Positions 9,728 through 19,915 of a DNA stretch of 40,481 bases are shown piece by piece. The notes beneath the pieces are model-generated. The model was not told the origin of the DNA. It saw nothing but the letters and a program-made list of their open reading frames with translations, and searched no databases. The DNA comes from Planktothrix mougeotii LEGE 06226. GTDB taxonomy: Bacteria > Cyanobacteriota > Cyanobacteriia > Cyanobacteriales > Microcoleaceae. The stretch is taken from assembly GCF_015207485.1 (NCBI RefSeq), contig NZ_JADEWU010000005.1, positions 116,508-156,988 of the forward strand. The letters run 5' to 3'. The translations under genes were made by a program, and so were the position numbers. Each line of letters opens with the position of its first letter. Positions within the stretch are counted from its first letter, which is position 1.

Positions 9728-10687
9728 TTAGGTAGAATATTTTACTGTAGGAAGATGAACACCAACATAACCAATAATCACTTTTTCCGTTTTACGCTCT
9801 AGGAAAAAATGAATTCGCCAATTACATTGTTTCAGCTTAATATGTTGATCAAATAAACGTTCTTCCCCATCAGGACACAAAAAAGTTCGTTCTTTCCAAT
9901 ATTTATCAAGTGTTCGTTTACTTTCTCCAGAAACATCAAGAGAATATCCTTCTAAACTAAATTCTTTGCACCCTTGACTAATCCAAATTTCTGTATATTC
10001 TTCCAGTTGCTCTAAAGTTTTTAAAACCCATTTTAATTTAGCCTCTCCTGAACCAAGTATACGCAATTGTTTAGTACCTGTTTTACAAAATTGTAAATGT
10101 GAAAATAACTGATCTTTACGATTCCATAAATCATTGCCATCATATATTTCTCTTTGTGGATTTGGAGGTAAATAATGTCCCGGTATATTTTTAACTTGGT
10201 CAGCATTTATTAAATTATAAACCTCTATAATTTCTGAGGGATTTTCATCCAGCTTAAATAAGACATTGATCAATTCACTGGAGAAATCAGGTGCTTGCTG
10301 TAAACTAATCAAAATTCCTTGTAAGTATGCTGCACCAGCCAATGAACTTTCACAATAGTCTTCACCATTAAATTCGCATTCCCAATATAATAGTTCTTGA
10401 TTTAAAATATCTAAGATAAAAGGCCCATCTGTAAATAATTTAATCAATAATAATGCTTGCACTTGATCATGATCATTAGATAATGATTTTTCATACACCC
10501 AGTCTTTTACTGTATAGTTTTCTGTAATTTTGCAATTTGAAAATAATTCATGTATATAAATAGAATCATTTCCTAAAATGGGTTTAATTGCCTTGATAAC
10601 CTCTGCTAAAGCTTTCATCAGGGTGTCAGCATCATAAATATTTGTAGCTTGCCCAATAAAAGATAATTCGTTAATTAAGAAATTCAT
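9728..10687 (-). CDS. Hypothetical 319-aa protein, third gene of the DUF262-ATPase operon (no recognisable domain)
   Basis: Its start overlaps the ATPase stop by 1 bp (TAATG). The protein is acidic and Cys/Trp-containing (…CPDGEERLFDQHIKLKQCNWRIHFF…) with no motif I can assign. It sits in the same AT-rich block. Confidence 0.55.
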   Translation of the reverse strand: MNFLINELSFIGQATNIYDADTLMKALAEVIKAIKPILGNDSIYIHELFSNCKITENYTVKDWVYEKSLSNDHDQVQALLLIKLFTDGPFILDILNQELLYWECEFNGEDYCESSLAGAAYLQGILISLQQAPDFSSELINVLFKLDENPSEIIEVYNLINADQVKNIPGHYLPPNPQREIYDGNDLWNRKDQLFSHLQFCKTGTKQLRILGSGEAKLKWVLKTLEQLEEYTEIWISQGCKEFSLEGYSLDVSGESKRTLDKYWKERTFLCPDGEERLFDQHIKLKQCNWRIHFFLERKTEKVIIGYVGVHLPTVKYST

Positions 10688-11796
10688 TACATTAATTGGA
10701 TTAAATCTTTTTGAGTTTGATCAAAAAAACCAGCAGGCCATTTATTAATTCGACCATTTTTATCAATTTTTGGGGATATTATTTCTGTGATTAATTGTCC
10801 ATCCTCGTCTATCCGTTGAAAGTAGTTTAATTGAACATCTTCAGGTTTAATTTTACCATCATGAACCGCAAGACGAATTCCATTTAACACATGATCACTA
10901 TGGGTTTCTACAACAACTTGAACTCCACAACTTGCTGCAAGTGCTAACAGTTGACCCATTTTGGATTGTCCTTTAGGATGAAGATGGGCTTCTGGGTTTT
11001 CTATTAAAATGAGTGTTCCTGGTTTAGAGGATAATACAGCAACTATAATAGGCAACACATAACTAATCCCAAAACCTACATTAGTCGCACGATATAAATT
11101 ACTTAGTCCATAAGAGTATTCTAAACTTACTAAATCTAGTTGTGGATTATCATTAATTGTAATACGTGTTCCGGGGCTAATTTCTCCCATCCAGGCTTCA
11201 ACTTGAAATCCTAGTTTTAATGATTCTGCTGACGGGTGACTAAGTTCACTATTAGGAATAATTTTATCGCGATATAGTGCCAGGAAATGTGCTGTATATT
11301 CACCGCTAGTTCCGATTTGATTGTGCATCCGTACCTGAAAATCCGACTTTTTTAAATAAATACGAGGGCCAATTCGTTCAGCTTGTAGATAGTGGAAATT
11401 GTCCCCAAACAGATTTGATTGATAAATTTCAGAATTCACTTCAGGTGAAGTTAAATCGAGAACATCTGCCTCTTCATCATAATTAAAATACCACGTTCCT
11501 TGTAGTTTATTATTCCAAGTAATTGTAAAACCAATTGCATCTTCTTCTGCATCCTCGAATAAAGCATCTTTTGCTGTTCCAACACACACTAAATCACCAT
11601 TCAATGCTAATCCTGTTTCTGGTAACAAATCCTGTTGATAAGATTGGCGTAGTAATAGTAATGATTGCAATAACGAAGATTTTCCTGAACTATTCAAACC
11701 AGAAAGCAGAGTCAATGCTCCTAAACTAATCAATTGATCAGCAAAACATTTAAAATTTTTAAGATGAATTGAACTCATCATACTAGCTGAACTCAT
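10687..11796 (-). CDS. ABC-type AAA ATPase (AAA_21/AAA_15-like) with DUF3696-like C-terminus
   Basis: Walker A is LLSGLNSSGKSSLLQSL. Walker B/D-loop is GTLILIENPEAHLHP and the H-loop is VVVETHSDHVL. The C-terminal GRINKWPAGFFDQTQKDL resembles DUF3696. It is translationally coupled on both sides. Confidence 0.75.
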   Translation of the reverse strand: MSSASMMSSIHLKNFKCFADQLISLGALTLLSGLNSSGKSSLLQSLLLLRQSYQQDLLPETGLALNGDLVCVGTAKDALFEDAEEDAIGFTITWNNKLQGTWYFNYDEEADVLDLTSPEVNSEIYQSNLFGDNFHYLQAERIGPRIYLKKSDFQVRMHNQIGTSGEYTAHFLALYRDKIIPNSELSHPSAESLKLGFQVEAWMGEISPGTRITINDNPQLDLVSLEYSYGLSNLYRATNVGFGISYVLPIIVAVLSSKPGTLILIENPEAHLHPKGQSKMGQLLALAASCGVQVVVETHSDHVLNGIRLAVHDGKIKPEDVQLNYFQRIDEDGQLITEIISPKIDKNGRINKWPAGFFDQTQKDLIQLM

Positions 11797-12974
11797 GATG
11801 CTAACACCTCTTGAATAATCCTTTCTACTGTACTAAATCTCAAAGATACTTTTTCACCCGCTTGAGAAATAGATTTTAAAAAGTCCTTATCATTATCAAC
11901 TAAATAACTAAATTTTTGTTTTAACTCCTCTTTTCTTTTTTTAAGAATGTGTAATTCGGTATCATCAAGTTTACTCAGATTTACAGACCAGGCTTCAAAC
12001 AAGGCTTCATTAACAGGATATCTTCTTCCATTTTGATTTGAAATTTTTCTAAATGCAGTATCCCCAAAAATATCGTATGCTGCTATCATTGAACGCTTAA
12101 AACTATCTACAATTTCTTTTAATTTATCTTCAGATAAAGATTGATTAATTTCCTCCATTGTTTTATGAAAAAAATCATCTCTACTTTTAGATTGATAGTA
12201 ATCTTGATAATTATTAATTTTAAAAGCTAAAAATCCTAACACAAACTCCTGATCTATCATTCTCTTTTTTTTTCGAGATTTGTCAAGATTGGTAACTTTT
12301 TTAAATTCTTTCATGTTAGCTAATTTAGATAAAATTTTTGTAGCTTTTCCTTGGTTTAATGCGTTGCGAGTTTCTTGAGGGGAAAGAGGTACTCCTCCTG
12401 TATTGATACGTCTAAATATATTATATTTTACAGATGGAGGGGTACCTTCTTCAACAACATAAATTGTTAGTTGAGTCTCAAGTAAGCGACGTTGATACTT
12501 ACGAGGTAGTTCATCGTAAGTTTTTTCTTGAATATCAGTTAGATAATCTAATTCATCAGTTAACTTTAGTTCTTTATTTAAAATAAACTTTTTTAGTGCT
12601 GTTAATCGCTGTCGTCCATCAATAACTACCCATCGATCATCATCAGTCGCATCCATATAAAACGAAGGTAAGGGAATACGCAGAAGAATAGACTCTATTA
12701 ACTTACTCTGAGCTTTATCCGTCCAAATATCTGAACGCTGAAAAGAAGGTGCAAGATCAATCTCTCCATGATTAATCCTTGAAAGCACTAAATCAATCGT
12801 CATTTGTCGAGTATCAACTCTAATTTTAGTTGGATCAAATGGTTCATTAATTCCTTCATCATCTGCTTCAATTATATTGTCATCATCAAAATCTTCTAAA
12901 TCCATATCTGTCTGATACTCAATACCATCCTTTTCAATTTTTAATTCTAATTGCTCATTTTGCGAATTTATCAT
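11793..12974 (-). CDS. DUF262 (ParB/Srx-fold, GmrS-like) domain protein; first gene of a 3-gene defense-like operon
   Basis: It has the DGQQR-type hallmark ...RWVVIDGRQRLTALKKF. An acidic N-terminus precedes it. I did not recognise a DUF1524/HNH C-terminus. Its stop overlaps the start of the downstream ATPase (ATGA). Codon usage is AT-rich relative to chlN next door. Confidence 0.75.
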   Translation of the reverse strand: MINSQNEQLELKIEKDGIEYQTDMDLEDFDDDNIIEADDEGINEPFDPTKIRVDTRQMTIDLVLSRINHGEIDLAPSFQRSDIWTDKAQSKLIESILLRIPLPSFYMDATDDDRWVVIDGRQRLTALKKFILNKELKLTDELDYLTDIQEKTYDELPRKYQRRLLETQLTIYVVEEGTPPSVKYNIFRRINTGGVPLSPQETRNALNQGKATKILSKLANMKEFKKVTNLDKSRKKKRMIDQEFVLGFLAFKINNYQDYYQSKSRDDFFHKTMEEINQSLSEDKLKEIVDSFKRSMIAAYDIFGDTAFRKISNQNGRRYPVNEALFEAWSVNLSKLDDTELHILKKRKEELKQKFSYLVDNDKDFLKSISQAGEKVSLRFSTVERIIQEVLAS

Positions 12975-13027
12975 AATTGATCTATTTTTTTAAGGATATG
13001 AATATTTTTATTATAAACAACAAAGAG

Positions 13028-13062
13028 GGCGATCGCATTCGATCACCCTTTTTATTATACTA
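13028..13062 (-). terminator. Putative rho-independent terminator downstream of chlN
   Basis: On the minus strand the sequence reads AGGGTGATCGAATGCGATCGCCCT followed by CTTTGTTGTTT. That is a 10-bp stem with a single G·U/mismatch, followed by a U-rich run. It lies between the chlN stop and the DUF262 operon start. Confidence 0.4.
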
Positions 13063-13080
13063 ATCCATTGTCTAAAGCAA

Positions 13081-14499
<1,419 letters not shown>

Positions 14500-14607
14500 T
14501 TAATCGAATGTTAGTGAATCAAAATTTGACAAGACTATCCATGACTTAAAATCCTGCGGATTCAAAGTCTAATCTCGATTAAGAATTAGGGAAACTAAAC
14601 CGGGAAA

Positions 14608-16110
14608 TTATTTAAAATCCGACAGGGAAATTTCGTCATCATCTGAAGAACCGGTTAATCCGTCGATATCAATATCGTCCATATCTCCAGTTGTTAAATC
14701 ACCCATATCGTCGAGATTAAAATCCCCTAAATCATCGGATGAAAAATCATCATCCCCTAATCCTAAATCGTCTAAATTATCTCCGGTATCGAGATCCAGG
14801 CCATCGGAAGCGTTATCTTCCCCCAATCCTAAATCACCGAGATCATCATCCAGACTTGAATCTGTATCTTCTAATTCCAACCCTCCTAAATCATCAGAAC
14901 CAAGGTCGTCAGCTTCTAGGCTGATTTCTCCATCTAAGTCATCTGCGGCTAAAACTTCCGACTCTAAGCTGAGATCGTCCATTCCATCTGAACCCAGATC
15001 ATCGGAGGATTCCAAACCAAAATCGATATCATCGCTTATCTCCGTGTCTTCACCCAGTTCCGTATTAACGTTGTCGTCCCAGACATCAGATTCGGTATCA
15101 ATGTCTAATTCAGCCGATTCCGTTTGCGAATCTAAGCTCAAATCGAAATCATCAGCACCCATCTCATCGGAATCTAAACCCATGTCCAGGTCATCAGCAC
15201 CCATCTCATCGGAATCTAAACCCATGTCTAGGTCATCAGCGCCCATCTCATCGGAATCTAAACCCATGTCTAGGTCATCAGCGCCCATCTCATCGGAATC
15301 TAAGCCCATGTCCAGGTCATCAGCACCCATCTCATCGGAATCTAAGCCCATGTCTAGGTCATCAGCACCCATCTCATCGGAATCTAAGCCCATGTCTAGG
15401 TCATCAGCACCTAGGGCTTCTGATTCATCCTCCAACCCTAGATCAAAGTCTTCCTCGGCTACGCTAGCCGTCTCTGTGTCGATATCTAAATCCAGATCCC
15501 CATCGACATCAGTGTCCTCCATTGCCTCTGCATCCAGATCATCCATTCCGAAATCATCATCCATGCCGGAATCATCTAGGCCCATCTCATCAATGGTGAT
15601 TTCTTCTTCGGTCTCAAGCTCGAGTTCATCGGAGTCATCCAGGGTATCGGCAATCACCGCAGCCCCTCCAACAACAGCGGCAGCACTGGCAACGGCCACG
15701 GCAGCACCCGCTATATTGGGTTGTTCTACCAGAGTCACTTCCTCCTCTAAATTCAGTGTCTCTGGAGGGGCCGGAGGAACCGGAGTTGGCGTTGGAACAA
15801 CTACCGTTGCAGATTCTCCTGGGGTAGGCCTAATGCCCAACGCTATATCGGGATCAAAATTCAGCCCTAAAACATCAATCAGTTTTTCAGGATCTGGATT
15901 GAGTTTAGAAAAGGGCAACATGAGTTGGGCTGCCTCTGGGTCAAGCGCGTTGATCGTTCCCAAAATGAGGGAGGAGGCGGGTCTTCGACCCCCATCGGGG
16001 GTCGGTATTGAATTCAAATCCATTTGCAGTACCAGCCACTCTCGATTGGCTTGGTAATATTGCAACCACTTATCTTTAAGCGCGGTGGTAAAGTCTTTGA
16101 AGAAAGCCAT
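14608..16110 (-). CDS. Hyper-acidic repeat protein: conserved N-terminal ~120-aa domain, Pro-rich linker, Ala-rich hydrophobic segment, about 330-aa Asp/Glu-rich low-complexity tail with 6 tandem 14-aa repeats (GADDLDMGLDSDEM)
   Basis: It lies on the same strand as chlL and chlN and is wedged between them (36 bp after the chlL stop, 120 bp before the chlN start). A 500-aa ORF is kept open through the perfect 42-bp repeats. The N-terminus is MAFFKDFTTALKDKWLQYYQANREWLVLQM…. The hydrophobic segment is NIAGAAVAVASAAAVVGGAAVIA. Confidence 0.7.
   Translation of the reverse strand: MAFFKDFTTALKDKWLQYYQANREWLVLQMDLNSIPTPDGGRRPASSLILGTINALDPEAAQLMLPFSKLNPDPEKLIDVLGLNFDPDIALGIRPTPGESATVVVPTPTPVPPAPPETLNLEEEVTLVEQPNIAGAAVAVASAAAVVGGAAVIADTLDDSDELELETEEEITIDEMGLDDSGMDDDFGMDDLDAEAMEDTDVDGDLDLDIDTETASVAEEDFDLGLEDESEALGADDLDMGLDSDEMGADDLDMGLDSDEMGADDLDMGLDSDEMGADDLDMGLDSDEMGADDLDMGLDSDEMGADDLDMGLDSDEMGADDFDLSLDSQTESAELDIDTESDVWDDNVNTELGEDTEISDDIDFGLESSDDLGSDGMDDLSLESEVLAADDLDGEISLEADDLGSDDLGGLELEDTDSSLDDDLGDLGLGEDNASDGLDLDTGDNLDDLGLGDDDFSSDDLGDFNLDDMGDLTTGDMDDIDIDGLTGSSDDDEISLSDFK
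15151..15410. repeat. 42-bp near-perfect tandem repeat (6 full copies plus partial copies)
   Basis: The unit is atcagcacccatctcatcggaatctaa(a/g)cccatgtc(c/t)aggtc. Copies start at 15151, 15193, 15235, 15277, 15319 and 15361. It is in frame within the acidic-protein CDS and encodes GADDLDMGLDSDEM. It has no spacer structure and is not CRISPR-like. Confidence 0.9.
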
Positions 16111-16146
16111 AACCTCTATATCCTCATCCTGAGATAGCTAGACATA

Positions 16147-17013
16147 TTAAACCATCATCAGGTCTAGCTCATCTTCCTGACTTTGAACAAGGGGTTGAGT
16201 CGGATTTAGATAAAAATCTGATAACAAGGTGAATAAATCCCGATCTGGCGCGTCTTGAGGAACTACTCCTTCGGGTTGTGACAGCAGTTGATCGGCAATA
16301 TTCAGATAATAATCACAAACGTAGTTGAGGGATGGATCACTTTCGGCCATCTCAAATAAGGTTTTTCCTTTCACGCGGGACACCCGAATGTCCTCGATTA
16401 AGGGTAATACCTCTAAAACAGGCATGGGAACAGATTCAATATATTTTTCAATCAGATCCCGTTTAGAGGTGCGATTTCCGATTAATCCTGCTAATCGTAA
16501 AGGGTGGGTACGGGATTTTTCCCGGACTGAGGCGGCGATGCGGTTGGCTGCAAATAGGGCATCAAAGCCATTATCGGTGACAATGACGCAATAGTCGGCA
16601 TAGTTGAGGGGGGCAGCAAACCCACCACAAACCACGTCCCCTAAAACGTCAAACAGAATCACATCGTATTCGTCAAAGGCGTTGAGTTCTTTGAGGAGTT
16701 TGACGGTTTCTCCCACAACGTAACCGCCACATCCTGCACCTGCTGGAGGGCCACCTGCTTCGACGCAATCGACACCCCCATAGCCTTTATAGATCACGTC
16801 TTCTGGCCAAATATCTTCGTAATGAAAGTCTTTTTCCTGCAAGGTATCAATAATCGTGGGAATTAAAAATCCTGTGAGGGTAAAGGTGCTGTCGTGTTTG
16901 GGATCGCAGCCAATTTGCAGGACTTTTTTACCTCGTTTGGCTAAAGCGGCTGAGATATTACAGCTTGTGGTTGATTTACCAATTCCGCCTTTACCGTAGA
17001 CTGCTAATTTCAC
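16147..17013 (-). CDS. chlL: Light-independent protochlorophyllide reductase iron-sulfur ATP-binding protein
   Basis: [59 protein letters not shown]… is the NifH-like P-loop. At 288 aa the length is canonical for ChlL. Confidence 0.93.
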   Translation of the reverse strand: MKLAVYGKGGIGKSTTSCNISAALAKRGKKVLQIGCDPKHDSTFTLTGFLIPTIIDTLQEKDFHYEDIWPEDVIYKGYGGVDCVEAGGPPAGAGCGGYVVGETVKLLKELNAFDEYDVILFDVLGDVVCGGFAAPLNYADYCVIVTDNGFDALFAANRIAASVREKSRTHPLRLAGLIGNRTSKRDLIEKYIESVPMPVLEVLPLIEDIRVSRVKGKTLFEMAESDPSLNYVCDYYLNIADQLLSQPEGVVPQDAPDRDLFTLLSDFYLNPTQPLVQSQEDELDLMMV

Positions 17014-17545
17014 GCTGGCTTCTCCTTAATCGGTTTTTATTAAAAACTGTTGACGGTTGACTGCTGGAGCAGTGGGTTTTCTGGTTCGATACAGCCATTA
17101 TTGGCATAACTACCCCAGAAAATAAAGGGGCAAGTTTAATGGATTGAGCTATAAAATCAAGCTTTATCGTTTATTAAAAAATTATTTTAATTTAATCAAC
17201 TCAGAATCAGGTTCAAGCGTTATTTTAAATAAATTATTTATTTTATATTATTTTTTTTATAAAAATAGTTACAATAAGCAAAAAAATAAAATACAAGTGT
17301 CTGCAACGTTAAAAAAGTTACCCCCACTGATCACCCCTGAGTCAAGAGGATTAGGAGTCTTGACCAATAGTTTCCTTGGGTAAAATTTTGATGAATATTA
17401 AATCTTTCCGGTGTAATTGAGGAATTTTTTCAAAAAATAACTAAGCAATTGTACTGATTATTTTCAGGAAAAACCTTTAAAAATCTCAGGATCAAAACCA
17501 ACGGAGTTAAATGTTAATTTTTGCAAAATTCTCTCAATCACAGTC

Positions 17546-17592
17546 AAAAGTGAAAAGTGAAAAGTGAAAAGTGGAACGGGCGTCCCGCCCGT
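17546..17592. repeat. Heptamer tandem repeat (AAAAGTG x4, STRR-like) followed by a short GC hairpin (ACGGGCG-TCC-CGCCCGT)
   Basis: I read these directly. The units are at 17546-17573 and the hairpin at 17576-17592. They lie in the long chlL upstream region. Confidence 0.6.
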
Positions 17593-17820
17593 CAAAAGTC
17601 TTCAAAAGTCAGAAGTTGCTGGAAAACAGGCAAGATGCCTGTTCCACGGTGAGATGAGCGATCGCCAATCAGTAAAAATTAAAATCAAGACTGATAATGC
17701 TGATAGCCATGAAGATTTTAGAAGACTATATGATTGTTACCCGTCAGTCATGATAACGGAACCTTTATCGCTTACGTTCCAGCAATTTTGGGTTATCATG
17801 CTTGTTATCTGCATTTTAAC

Positions 17821-17877
17821 TGATAACTGATAATGCGGATACTTGATAACTGATAATGCGGATACTTGATAACTGAT
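17821..17877. repeat. 23-bp direct repeat x2.5 (TGATAACTGATAATGCGGATACT) rich in GATAA(T/C) hexamers
   Basis: Copies are at 17821-17843 and 17844-17866, with a partial copy at 17867-17877. They sit immediately 3' of the TpsB stop codon. More TGATAA motifs occur at 17688-17700 and 17751-17760. Confidence 0.7.
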
Positions 17878-19703
17878 TAAGGGGTATAAGTGACACCAAA
17901 ATAAATCCCATCATCTTGAAGATTATTGCCTCGATCATCAATACCAATGAGGGGAAGCCCATAATCAACACGGAGATTTAACCCGGAAACCGGTTGCCAA
18001 ATTACGCCTAATCCTGCACCTGCTAAAAAAGTTTTACCAATAATGCGGTTAGGATTTCTGTCATTGTTCCAAACTCCACCAAAATCAATAAAGGGAGCTA
18101 GTTGAAATACAGGTTCAGAGTCTTGATTTCGATCTAGGGTAATGCGATCTTCGAGGGAAATCCGAAAGCCATTATCCCCAGCCCGGACGTTTTGACGATA
18201 TCCTCTCAAAGATAGTGCTCCTCCAATCACAAATTGTTGGGAAGGAAATAACGGATCAGCCGATAGTTGAATATCTCCTTGAGCAATTAATAGATTATCT
18301 TCCCCTAATCGTTGTACCCGTTGGACTTGACCCAACCAACTGAAAAAGGAAGCATTCGGTGTACTGACATCCGTAGCGCCGAGAATATCTAAACCCAGGT
18401 TAAATTGCGATCGCAAGGCCCAAGCTCCTTCCGGATCACGAATTACATAATCCTGTCCAAACTTCAAAACACTGGTGCGCGTATACCCGTTACTATCTGG
18501 CCCGGATGCAAAAGGTTCTCCGTTATTATCTAAAAGGGTTTGACTATCTTGATAGGCAAAGCCAAAGGATAACGCAAATTCGGTGATAGGGTTACGAATA
18601 ATCGGCTGACGATAACTAATTTCATAACGTTGAGATTTTCCTTCAATATTCAACGCATCAAAGGGATCTTGAATAATGCGGTTTTGGTAAGGTTGGACTC
18701 GCAATTGTATCGTTCCGTTCATGGGGTTGATGGGAATACTATACAAAGCGTCGATAATATCCGACTCCCCATCCGCAATTAAGCGAGTCGTATTGTAGGA
18801 CAGTCCCAGAAAGTCTCCCCGACCCGTGAGGTTAAGATGACGCACACTAATCCCCATACGTTCAGAACCAATACTGGGGGGGGAATAGTTATCAATATTC
18901 AGACTCACCCCGAAAGGCGGTGCTTCCACAACTCGAACAATTAGAATACTCTGGCCTTCTTGGGTTCCCGCTCTTAAACTAGCTTCTACGCTTTCAAATA
19001 AGGGATTAATCCGTAACAGTCGCAATTGATCTTCTAAGGAGGCGGTACTCAGGGGTTTTTCCGCACCTAAACGAATGCGACTGGTGATATAGGACGGATG
19101 GAGGCGTTTGATTCCTTCAACTTCAATATTTTCTAAGGTTCCTTCAATCACCTGAATCTCAACAATGCCATTGTTAATGGTTTGTTCAGGAACAATAGCC
19201 CTAGAGGTAATGTAACCTCGTTCTAAATAAATCGCTGTAATTTTATCGGCGAGTTCCCGCAGTTCCGTCAGAGTCACAGAACGATTTTCTAGGGGGGTAA
19301 CTAAGGTTTGAAGTTCCTCTGAAGTGAGAATTGTGCTACCTGTAACGTTAATTTTTTGAACGGGAATGGGGGTTTCATCTGTGGGTGGGTTCGGCGTTGG
19401 GCTAGGAGTGGGAGTGGGTTGTAACTCTGGGTTATTGGGGGGTTCCGGTTTAGGCGGAATAGGAGGTCGTGGTAAAAATCGATCTTTGTTGGGATCGGGT
19501 TGGGGAACTTGGGGCGGAATATTAATTGATCCGCCTTGGGCCAAAGTCGGACAATTTTGGCGATCGCACAACTCCCCAGTCGCAGCAAAGGAACGAGTTT
19601 GAGAAAGACCTTGACGAGAAAATAGGGATAAAACCAGCAATAGGGTACTGGTTAAAATCACTCCACACTGACGAAAATGAATCAGATTTTCACTCCTACC
19701 CAT
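17877..19703 (-). CDS. ShlB/FhaC/HecB-family two-partner-secretion outer-membrane transporter (TpsB) with POTRA domain
   Basis: A signal peptide is present and a Pro-rich linker follows (PQVPQPDPNKDRFLPRPPIPPKPEPP…). There is a POTRA-like region (INVTGSTILTSEELQTLVTPLENRSVTLTELRELADKITAIYLERGYITSRAIVPEQ). The C-terminal beta-barrel ends in aromatic residues (…DGIYFGVTYTP). Confidence 0.8.
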   Translation of the reverse strand: MGRSENLIHFRQCGVILTSTLLLVLSLFSRQGLSQTRSFAATGELCDRQNCPTLAQGGSINIPPQVPQPDPNKDRFLPRPPIPPKPEPPNNPELQPTPTPSPTPNPPTDETPIPVQKINVTGSTILTSEELQTLVTPLENRSVTLTELRELADKITAIYLERGYITSRAIVPEQTINNGIVEIQVIEGTLENIEVEGIKRLHPSYITSRIRLGAEKPLSTASLEDQLRLLRINPLFESVEASLRAGTQEGQSILIVRVVEAPPFGVSLNIDNYSPPSIGSERMGISVRHLNLTGRGDFLGLSYNTTRLIADGESDIIDALYSIPINPMNGTIQLRVQPYQNRIIQDPFDALNIEGKSQRYEISYRQPIIRNPITEFALSFGFAYQDSQTLLDNNGEPFASGPDSNGYTRTSVLKFGQDYVIRDPEGAWALRSQFNLGLDILGATDVSTPNASFFSWLGQVQRVQRLGEDNLLIAQGDIQLSADPLFPSQQFVIGGALSLRGYRQNVRAGDNGFRISLEDRITLDRNQDSEPVFQLAPFIDFGGVWNNDRNPNRIIGKTFLAGAGLGVIWQPVSGLNLRVDYGLPLIGIDDRGNNLQDDGIYFGVTYTP

Positions 19704-19915
19704 AAAATGCCTACTTTTGGTGAACGATGGGGTTGGTGGCTAACTAGGTTAAGTTTAGTTTAGAGGAGCAAAGAGGCAAAAGTGAATAGGAGTAAAACTT
19801 AATACGGTCGAGATTAATGCAGACAACCCCCAAAAAATCGGGTTTCTGAAAAAAATATCTTGATTTTTCTCTCTAAAATTAGAGTCAAAAACTCGGTTTT
19901 TAAAGAGGGGCTGAA

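Noticed and set aside
15151-15410. Possible CRISPR array (regular 42-bp direct repeats)
   Set aside because: The repeats are contiguous with no unique spacers. They are perfectly in frame inside a long ORF encoding a 14-aa peptide repeat. No cas genes are nearby.
15044-16057. 337-aa Ser-rich repeat ORF (+ strand)
   Set aside because: It is an antisense shadow of the acidic repeat protein. Its Ser/Lys/Pro repeats are just the reverse-frame reading of the Asp/Glu repeat DNA. The minus-strand ORF is longer and sits in operon context with chlL/chlN.
17144-17383. 79-aa ORF in the chlL upstream region
   Set aside because: It has extreme AT-rich low complexity (YYFFYKNSYNKQKNK) and lies in a region expected to be the chlL promoter/5' UTR. 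There is no SD and no conservation signal.
17564-17830. 88-aa ORF overlapping the GATAA repeat block
   Set aside because: Its start sits inside heptamer repeats. The composition is not protein-like and it is more likely non-coding or regulatory. It could still be a small RNA locus (see finding).
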